Shown: one piece after another, positions 8,433 to 14,626 of the stretch
How the letters are laid out: each line of letters opens with the position of its first letter
How positions within the stretch are numbered: the first letter of the stretch is position 1
Source: an uncultured archaeon
Lineage (GTDB): Archaea; Asgardarchaeota; Lokiarchaeia; Sigyniarchaeales; SOKP01
DNA length: 14,626 bases
Assembly (NCBI GenBank): GCA_964388035.1
Contig: CAYLZE010000120.1
Coordinates: 1-14,626 of the forward strand
Direction: 5' to 3'
The notes under the pieces: generated by a model
Database searches by the model: none
The model's input: the letters and a program-made list of their open reading frames with translations, nothing else
Told to the model about the DNA's origin: nothing
Position numbers and translations under genes: made by a program

Positions 8433-9236
8433 ATAGAGTTATCATTAAAATCAACGGTAAAGTTAAATAATGGGATCGAAATACCCCGATTAGGTTTCGG
8501 AACTTGGGAACTAAAGGATAAAACGGCCTTTGACTCCGTTAAATGGGCATTAGAGGCGGGATATCGATTAATTGACACGGCAGCAGCCTATGAAAATGAA
8601 GAACAAGTTGGAAAAGCAATTCGAGAGAGTGGTATCCCTCGCGAAGACATTTTTGTAACGAGTAAGGTCTGGAACATGGATCATGGATGGGACAATACAT
8701 TGAGAGCTTTCGATTATACTCTTGGTAGGTTAGGACTTGATTATTTGGACCTTTACTTAATTCATTTTCCGGGAAAATTGAATGAGGAAACGTGGTCAGC
8801 TTTAGAAAACATATACAGTGAAGGTAGAGTCAGGGCAATTGGAGTTTCTAATTATTCTATCAAGGATATAGAATCTATATTAGAAAATCAAGAGATCGTT
8901 CCTGCCGTTAATCAAATTCTGATGCATCCCTTGATATATGCAAAGACCATCGATCTTATCGAATATTGTGAAAGCGAAAAAATCTATATTGAAGCTTATA
9001 GTCCCTTAGTACATGGTTTTAAATTAGATTTAGAGCGATTTCAAGAAGTGGCGGATAAGTATAGTAAATCTGTTCCCCAAGTATTGATTCGATGGAGCTT
9101 AGAGAGAGGGTTCATTACCATTCCTCGTTCTAGCAACAAAAACCATATCGAGCAAAATGCAAGAGTATTCGATTTTGAGTTATCCGATCGTGATTTGAGC
9201 CGATTAGATGCGACCAAATTAGTAATCCCATCTTAA
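8433..9236 (+). CDS. Aldo/keto reductase (AKR5-like, 2,5-diketo-D-gluconate/glyoxal reductase type); start extended upstream of the ORF-track call
   Basis: The frame of 8676..9236 is open back to TGA at 8424 and reads (I)ELSLKSTVKLNNGIEIPRLGFGTWELKDKTAFDSVKWALEAGYRLIDTAAAYENEEQVGKAIRESGIPREDIFVTSKVWN-MDH. Catalytic tetrad D (IDTA), Y (AYEN), K (TSKV), H (LIHFP); also RAIGVSNY, AYSPL, IPRS. 267 aa if started at ATA 8433. Confidence 0.9.
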   Translation: MELSLKSTVKLNNGIEIPRLGFGTWELKDKTAFDSVKWALEAGYRLIDTAAAYENEEQVGKAIRESGIPREDIFVTSKVWNMDHGWDNTLRAFDYTLGRLGLDYLDLYLIHFPGKLNEETWSALENIYSEGRVRAIGVSNYSIKDIESILENQEIVPAVNQILMHPLIYAKTIDLIEYCESEKIYIEAYSPLVHGFKLDLERFQEVADKYSKSVPQVLIRWSLERGFITIPRSSNKNHIEQNARVFDFELSDRDLSRLDATKLVIPS

Positions 9237-9246
9237 AAAACAACCA

Positions 9247-9297
9247 TGAGAATCTCTTTATTTGCGATTTAAGCATCAAAAAGTTCAGAGATTCTCA
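9247..9297. repeat. 11-bp perfect inverted repeat (hairpin) between the convergent AKR and TPR-like genes
   Basis: TGAGAATCTCT (9247-9257) / AGAGATTCTCA (9287-9297), 29-nt spacer, followed by T8 at 9307-9314. Confidence 0.65.
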
Positions 9298-9367
9298 ATA
9301 TCTTAATTTTTTTTAAAATGTTATAAATAAAGAAGAAATCCTCGAATTTGAAGGTTTTTAAATAAAA

Positions 9368-10507
9368 TTAAAGGAAGTATGAGATCAGTCTGTTTTTAAT
9401 CTTCTCAAAATGTCCTAGATTAATCTCCAATAGTTTTTCCAACGAGTCTTGGATTCCCACGCTCTCGATCCTTTCGGATATTCTGAAATAGGGGGATTCT
9501 TTAAGCTTTTGAACCAAGTTTTCATGGGATTCGGAATTTTCAAGGAGAAAATCTAAGGGATTCAAAAAGTATTCTCCCAGCATTTCTTGAAGAATCTCGA
9601 TTAGCATGGTGTCGAAGGTGATCCTCAAGACAATTTCCTTATCATAATCGTTTTTTAAAGAGAACAAATATTCCTTCAATAAGCTGATGGATTTTTGGAA
9701 TAATTCGATGGAACCCTTTCCAAGCTGCTTGATTTTTTCATTATGTTCTCGGTTCTCCGATGCTCTTAAACATAAAGCACCCACGGTTTGATATTCTGCT
9801 ATGAAATGAATGAAACGAGCCTTCGCATTTAATAACGTGTCTTTATTTTCACCATCGATTAACTCATCGAGATTGTCAAGAGCTTTATTGAAATATGATG
9901 CGATATCAAGGAATTTTTTGGCCGCTGGTTCAAATTCATCCATCTCAAGCAATGTTAAAGCCCTTTGTTCTTCCATCTCATACAATTCATCAAATTTATT
10001 AATTTTCATGACTCCTTTTAGAATGAGACGCTTTCCCACCTCTTTTTTAATCGGAGAACGTTCATATGCTTGCCCCGCCTTTAAAAGCAATAAAGAGGAT
10101 AAACTATAAAACTCTTCCGCATCTTCCTCATAGAGATATTCCGATGCTTTCACCCAACTTTCTCCCGCAGTCTCCCAATCTTTAATATCAAAAGATATTT
10201 TTCCCAATTGAATCAACAATTTCGCCGAAAGCTCATTTAATTTAAGTATCTCTGTTTTTCGAATAATGGATTTTAAACGATAGATGGCGTGTATTTTATT
10301 TTTAAACTGGGAAATTACTTTAATGATTCTAATAAATAATTGGTCTAACTTGATATAACTTCCCAAATCAATGTAAATTTGGGCTGCTTGTTCAAATAAA
10401 TTAATTGCATCTTCCCCATTCCCCTTATCTACCAGGTTTTCTGCTTGATCAATTAATTTGATCGCATTTATCTCTTGTATATCCTTTTCAGAATTATTGT
10501 TTATCAT
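9368..10507 (-). CDS. All-helical TPR-like / alpha-SNAP-like repeat protein, function unknown
   Basis: 379 aa, helical composition. Repeated A..(F/W)..AA..(Y/F) patterns: EDAINLFEQAAQIY, ETAGESWVKASEYL, LLLKAGQAY, EPAAKKFLDIASYF. Confidence 0.55.
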   Translation of the reverse strand: MINNNSEKDIQEINAIKLIDQAENLVDKGNGEDAINLFEQAAQIYIDLGSYIKLDQLFIRIIKVISQFKNKIHAIYRLKSIIRKTEILKLNELSAKLLIQLGKISFDIKDWETAGESWVKASEYLYEEDAEEFYSLSSLLLLKAGQAYERSPIKKEVGKRLILKGVMKINKFDELYEMEEQRALTLLEMDEFEPAAKKFLDIASYFNKALDNLDELIDGENKDTLLNAKARFIHFIAEYQTVGALCLRASENREHNEKIKQLGKGSIELFQKSISLLKEYLFSLKNDYDKEIVLRITFDTMLIEILQEMLGEYFLNPLDFLLENSESHENLVQKLKESPYFRISERIESVGIQDSLEKLLEINLGHFEKIKNRLISYFL

Positions 10508-10630
10508 TAAAATTTAATCCAATTTATTAATCGAGTTTTTTTAATTTTGTTCAATAAAATGAAAATAAAGTCTTGTAATAAATTTGTGCTTTGAGTTAAA
10601 ATAAATAAGAAAGCAAAATGCAAGTATAGA

Positions 10631-11509
10631 TTAATCAAAGATCTTTATATTCCGCTCTTTTACTATTTTCTTGAATTCATGAGATTGATAAGCTGATGAG
10701 AAACATTCTTTTGCATCCTCTATTGCGCCATAAAATATAAAATTGGAATACCATGCCGCTACAAACATGATGCTCGCTTTCCGGTATTTAGTTTGAAATT
10801 TCACGTTCAATCGCGGAGAAGAATATTTGAACAAGAATAAAGTTGGAGCTGTTCCCACGGGCAATTCTAAAGAGGTGGATACCAGTTGTTGGAATTCTAA
10901 AATATGTGCTACCGATTCCAAGTCCACCACACCCCCGTCAATCCAAATCTTTTCCACGCCCAAATCTTGAAGGCTTTTAATTAATGATTCCCCGGTGGAT
11001 TCTTGCTTTTTAGTGATAAAATTAAAGCGTTGAGTAGAAGTCATGTTTCCCGAACCTAGAAATAAAATCACTACGGATTCTATCTGATTGTCCCGAATTA
11101 AAGCAACCTCATTTTTATTCTTAAGATTCGTGATAGTATTATAAATGTATTCCGAAGGTTTTATCCCGCGATCATTTAAATAGTGAATTCCCGCCATGCG
11201 TGCTTCAAACGTGCCCCCTAATACAAAAGGGGGAGAATAATTATCCAAGTAAAAAGCTAAATAGTTTTCCATGGATTCTGGAGTGATCCCCGATATTTCA
11301 ATTAAACCAGGAATGTTATATTTTTCCGCCAAAGCCATGTGTTCATCAATCCTTTTTTTAGCTTTTGCCTGGTCAAAGTTCTCGGGATGAGTCCTGTCTA
11401 CAATTGTTTCCCCTTGATAAAAGAGAGTAGCAATTAAAACAGGAGGGAGTTCAAAATTTCCCCGCCCTAATTTGATGGAGTCATAAATATATGGTTCCTT
11501 GCTAGGCAT
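10631..11509 (-). CDS. mtrH: MtrH-like (tetrahydromethanopterin/tetrahydrofolate methyltransferase subunit H family) pterin-binding TIM-barrel protein
   Basis: 292 aa. LPPVLIATLFYQGETIVD...FDQAKA matches the MtrH N-terminal P(T)VL.GTIFY..H.IV.D...G.FD..A signature; also TPESMENYLAF, IYNTI, GVEKIWID, LPVG, FIFYGAIEDA. Confidence 0.75.
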   Translation of the reverse strand: MPSKEPYIYDSIKLGRGNFELPPVLIATLFYQGETIVDRTHPENFDQAKAKKRIDEHMALAEKYNIPGLIEISGITPESMENYLAFYLDNYSPPFVLGGTFEARMAGIHYLNDRGIKPSEYIYNTITNLKNKNEVALIRDNQIESVVILFLGSGNMTSTQRFNFITKKQESTGESLIKSLQDLGVEKIWIDGGVVDLESVAHILEFQQLVSTSLELPVGTAPTLFLFKYSSPRLNVKFQTKYRKASIMFVAAWYSNFIFYGAIEDAKECFSSAYQSHEFKKIVKERNIKIFD

Positions 11510-11727
11510 TTGAAATCATCTCAATTTTTTCATTTCAACTATAAACTTGTATTAAGATATATTATCATCATAATTATTTCTTTTTATAAAAGTTTTAAAG
11601 AGTTTTATAACCCTCATGAAATATAAAGCGGAATAAATAGGAATTTTGAAAGAAAAAAGCTTGAGTCACATGATTTTTTTTATGAAACATATGAACTTAT
11701 CCTGTAAGGATTAAGGACTCAATCAAG

Positions 11728-12921
11728 CTATAAAGAGAGTTTTGCAGAACAGTGCTTACAGATGTTATCATTAAGTTTTTTAAAGCATTCTTCATGATAC
11801 AGCACTTCACAATCCGGATTCCCACACATGATTACCTTCTGATCTGATTCAAAAATTAAATTGCATACGGGACAAGATTGATATAAAGCTCCTTCTCCCA
11901 ATTCATTAACATTATATTTTTTCGCGGCAAATTCTCTTGGTTTCATTTCAGCAGGATCTTGAGCTTTAGCCTGAGATAAAATCTTTAATCGTTTTACTTG
12001 GGACACTTCCAGGGGAATTTTTAATAAATAAAAGCAATGGGGGCATCTAACAACAGAAGCGATATTTATCGCACTATCTCGGATAGAATCTGCCCAACTT
12101 GAAAGACAATGAATGTGGAAGGGAGCTTGACAATTGGGACAATAACGCCCCGTAAGAAAAAAAGAACCACCGCTCGTGGGATCATTTTCTTTAAAACAAA
12201 TGGAACATTTCTTATAATCCGCTTCTCCTCGAATTTGCTTGAGCCGCTCTTCTTGGTCCTTAGTGAGATCTTGGACTTTCAATAAGGGAGCGGCAATTTT
12301 TCTGAGATATGCCGGATTTTCTAACGGGGATTGCATTTTTTTTCCGAAGGATTTTACATTTGAATATGCTAATTTGCGCGCGGAGTCCATGAGGCTTTCT
12401 TGATTATTAATATAATAATACGTGCCTCCCGTGATATCCGTAAGGCGTTTTAGGATATCTATATTGGACGTCTCTCCTAAACGAAACACGTCAATTTCAA
12501 TACCTAATCCCGCCGCTATTTTGGCAATTTTTACGGGATCCTTGTCTTTCTTGATGTAATTGCCATCGGATACTACTAAGATTTTCGGATTTTTTGCCCC
12601 CGCTTTTCGTAATTCGACAATTTCCATTTTAATCGCTAAGGATATGGCTCCTCCAAAAGAAGTTTTCCCCATGTATTCCGCAGAATCCAGAGCATCCTCT
12701 AAAACCTTCGAAAGAGAGGCAAAATCAACCAATTTCTCCGCTTTTTCCGAAAATTGAATTATGGCGAAAGAACTGGAATTATCTACCTGAAATCTTTCTC
12801 GCATCAAGAACTTGAGAGCTTCCATGCTTGCTTCCAGTCTCGTGGGCTTATAGTCTGTACGTCGCATGGATCGGGACGTATCGAGACAGATACAAATATT
12901 TTCAGGGGTACGTGTTGACAT
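11728..12921 (-). CDS. VWA-domain protein with two C-terminal C4HC3 RING-variant zinc fingers (putative E3 ligase / Ssl1-p44-like architecture)
   Basis: 397 aa. MIDAS DTSRS, DYKPTRL, T in GKTSF, VSDG, LTDITGGTYY. Finger 1 CSIC..CPNC-x4-HIHC..W..CPHC (12034-12207); finger 2 CPVC..CGNPDC-x4-HEEC..CKHC (11749-11874). Confidence 0.82.
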   Translation of the reverse strand: MSTRTPENICICLDTSRSMRRTDYKPTRLEASMEALKFLMRERFQVDNSSSFAIIQFSEKAEKLVDFASLSKVLEDALDSAEYMGKTSFGGAISLAIKMEIVELRKAGAKNPKILVVSDGNYIKKDKDPVKIAKIAAGLGIEIDVFRLGETSNIDILKRLTDITGGTYYYINNQESLMDSARKLAYSNVKSFGKKMQSPLENPAYLRKIAAPLLKVQDLTKDQEERLKQIRGEADYKKCSICFKENDPTSGGSFFLTGRYCPNCQAPFHIHCLSSWADSIRDSAINIASVVRCPHCFYLLKIPLEVSQVKRLKILSQAKAQDPAEMKPREFAAKKYNVNELGEGALYQSCPVCNLIFESDQKVIMCGNPDCEVLYHEECFKKLNDNICKHCSAKLSL

Positions 12922-13133
12922 TTCTATATGAAGACTTGGACTATTAGTATTTAATTAAAATTTAATTATATACAATATAGTAGCCCGATTATTTAATTTT
13001 TAAGTATTCAAATTCGTTAGCTTCTCAAAATCTCATTGTTAAAATAAAATTCATGCTAATATTGGTTTTTCCTTGGTTTTTTGCCCTTCCATGGCATTTT
13101 CAAGATTTTAAGCATGACATAGATGTGATTAAA

Positions 13134-13310
13134 CAAAAAAATCAATTCAAAATCATGTCTCAAGACAATCTTTTGAAAATTCAAAATCATCATCTCAAAA
13201 CAAAAAAATATATAACCAAAAAATTTTGTTAATGATATAAGAAGAATTATTTGTTATTCAATCAAAAAAATCTATTCAAAATCATGTCTCAAGACAATCT
13301 TTTGAAAATT
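13134..13310 (+). repeat. Direct repeat pair (48 bp, 1 mismatch; 37-bp exact core) duplicating the GTPase start region
   Basis: 13134-13181 vs 13263-13310. Exact core ATTCAAAATCATGTCTCAAGACAATCTTTTGAAAATT at 13145-13181 and 13274-13310. Degenerate third partial copy at 13179-13203. Confidence 0.92.
13202..13215 (+). promoter_or_regulatory. Candidate BRE/TATA box for the GTPase gene
   Basis: AAAAAAATATATAA, a purine run followed by TATATAA, about 70 bp upstream of ATG 13284. Confidence 0.35.
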
Positions 13311-14483
13311 AAAGATTTTTTCAAATCTAGCGTTACCATTAAAGAAATCGAAGCTATTCTGCAATTCTCTCCCGAAACTTTAGTGGGAATTGATCAAATC
13401 AGTGCAGAAAGTCTCGCGGCTAATAACGTGAATAATATTGGAGATCTGGCAAAAATTAATGAATTAAATCCTCCCGAGATACGAGGAGTTCCTCCCATCA
13501 TCTTGGTCAAATGGATTAAAATCGCTAAATTACTGGTGAAAAACGTTAATGAACAAGTGAAAATGCAGAAAAAATTATTGATGCTGGGTCTTGATAATGG
13601 GGGAAAATCTTCCATACTCGCACTAGCTCAAGAAAGATTCTCTGTGGTTAAAGATTTATTGCCTACAAAAGGGGTAAAGCGCGAAAGGCTTGATTTTTTC
13701 GGTTTTCCGCTTGTTTCGTGGGATTTGGGCGGTCAAATTCAATATCGCGAGAATTACTACTTTAACAAGCCAGAATTGTTCTTTACCGAAGTAGATCTCA
13801 TTTTATACGTGGTAGATATCCAGGATAAAGATAGATTTGAAGAATCTGCTAATTATTTTGAAGAAGTAGTTAAAGTCGTGAAAGATTTAGGAGAGAATCC
13901 TCCCGTCGTGATTGTTCTTCATAAAAGCGACCAGGATCTCCGGAAAACGCTCCAATGGCAAAAAAATGTAACTACCGTGAAAGCCTTGTTTGATCCCATC
14001 ATCGAGAAACATAAAATTAAATCAGAATACATTGACACTACCATCTTCCAGAAAGAGACCATCCTTCAAATGCTTAGTATTGCGATGAAAAGGGTGTCAG
14101 ATACTTCTGAGATCATCGAGCACATCCTCATGGACTTCACGCAGGGCATTCAAGGAAAAGGCGCATGCTTGATCTCTTTAGACGGACTTATCTTTGGAAG
14201 TTATACGAGAGATAAAGTTGATGAGAAAGTACTCCATAATACCGCCCTATTATTGCAAACTCTTTCCGGTTTTCATAAATCTATTGGCTTAAAGCAAGAA
14301 AGAATTATTTCTCTCGAGTTCCCAAATAATCGCTTCACGATTCGCGGAGAAAAATTATTCGAATACTCTGATTTGCAAATCCCTGTTTTTCTCTGGGTCC
14401 TGACGGAACGACTGGATTTAGTAAAGGAAAAAATCACGTATTTTAAAGACCAATTACTTCCTTTAATTAACTTATTCCTTTAA
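13284..14483 (+). CDS. Arf/Rag-like small GTPase with N-terminal helix-hairpin-helix-like domain and C-terminal roadblock-like domain
   Basis: G1 GLDNGGKS, G2 PTKG, G3 WDLGGQ, YVVD, G4 HKSD, G5 TTIF. N-terminal PETLVGIDQISAESLAANNVNNIGDLA resembles an HhH motif. C-terminal IEHILMDF...GACLISLDGLIFGSY resembles roadblock/LAMTOR2. ATG 13284 is preferred over in-frame TTG 13251. Confidence 0.85.
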   Translation: MSQDNLLKIKDFFKSSVTIKEIEAILQFSPETLVGIDQISAESLAANNVNNIGDLAKINELNPPEIRGVPPIILVKWIKIAKLLVKNVNEQVKMQKKLLMLGLDNGGKSSILALAQERFSVVKDLLPTKGVKRERLDFFGFPLVSWDLGGQIQYRENYYFNKPELFFTEVDLILYVVDIQDKDRFEESANYFEEVVKVVKDLGENPPVVIVLHKSDQDLRKTLQWQKNVTTVKALFDPIIEKHKIKSEYIDTTIFQKETILQMLSIAMKRVSDTSEIIEHILMDFTQGIQGKGACLISLDGLIFGSYTRDKVDEKVLHNTALLLQTLSGFHKSIGLKQERIISLEFPNNRFTIRGEKLFEYSDLQIPVFLWVLTERLDLVKEKITYFKDQLLPLINLFL

Positions 14484-14505
14484 TTTTCACTCTTTTTTAA
14501 AAAAG
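14484..14505. terminator. Bidirectional oligo-T terminator candidate between convergent genes
   Basis: Perfect palindrome CTTTTTTAAAAAAG at 14492-14505 gives T6 on each strand, just after the GTPase stop. Confidence 0.45.
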
Positions 14506-14551
14506 GTACTATTGGTCAGGCAGCCTCGATAAGTTCAATAATCGTATCCTT

Positions 14552-14626
14552 CTAATCCAAGGTATCATGAGCCGAAAGTAGATATTTGTTGCATTCCTTC
14601 ATGCTTTCAATGGCTTGATTGAGATA
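14552..14626 (-). CDS. Probable 3' end of a gene entering from beyond the window (hypothetical)
   Basis: Minus frame from 14626 reads YLNQAIESMKECNKYLLSAHDTLD* (TAG 14552-14554). Composition is coding-like and it converges on the terminator, but it is too short to identify. Confidence 0.4.
   Translation of the reverse strand, partial: YLNQAIESMKECNKYLLSAHDTLD

Noticed and set aside
8339-8578. 79-aa - ORF that appears intergenic in the ORF track
   Set aside because: Mostly antisense to the true conserved N-terminus of the AKR (8433 onward).
9810-10109. 99-aa + ORF
   Set aside because: Antisense shadow of the TPR-like gene.
10631-11509. Evidence for methanogenesis
   Set aside because: A lone MtrH-like gene without the membrane Mtr subunits or mcr genes also occurs in non-methanogens.
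12560-12757. 65-aa + ORF
   Set aside because: Antisense shadow of the VWA domain.
13134-13310. CRISPR mini-array or DGR template/variable repeat
   Set aside because: Only two full copies exist and one is coding sequence; the spacing is not CRISPR-like; there is just one mismatch; no cas or reverse transcriptase gene is in the window.
13394-13615. 73-aa - ORF
   Set aside because: Antisense shadow of the GTPase gene.

Overview
AT-rich, gene-dense prokaryotic window that reads as Asgard archaeal (Lokiarchaeia-like) chromosome. This lineage call is an inference from the Arf/Rag-like GTPase-roadblock fusion, RING-finger protein, solitary MtrH-like gene, oligo-T terminators and TATA-like promoters. 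Gene order: GH57 alpha-amylase/4-alpha-glucanotransferase (-) divergent from a maltokinase-like kinase (+); ArsB/NhaD/P-protein-type transporter (-); ribbon-helix-helix regulator (-) divergent from a small ArsR-type wHTH regulator (+); aldo/keto reductase (+), whose real frame extends about 240 nt upstream of the ORF call and appears to start at ATA; TPR/alpha-SNAP-like helical protein (-); MtrH-like methyltransferase (-); VWA + two C4HC3 RING fingers (-) divergent from an HhH-GTPase-roadblock protein (+); and the 3' end of a further gene (-). The best candidates for new biology are (i) the head-to-head VWA-RING-RING / Rag-like GTPase pair, (ii) a 48-bp near-perfect copy of the GTPase start region lying 129 bp upstream in their shared promoter region, (iii) a shared 19-bp operator-like palindrome upstream of the RHH gene and the transporter, and (iv) the non-canonical AKR start. 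No rRNA, tRNA, CRISPR array or transposase was seen. All family calls come from motif recognition by eye, not database searches.
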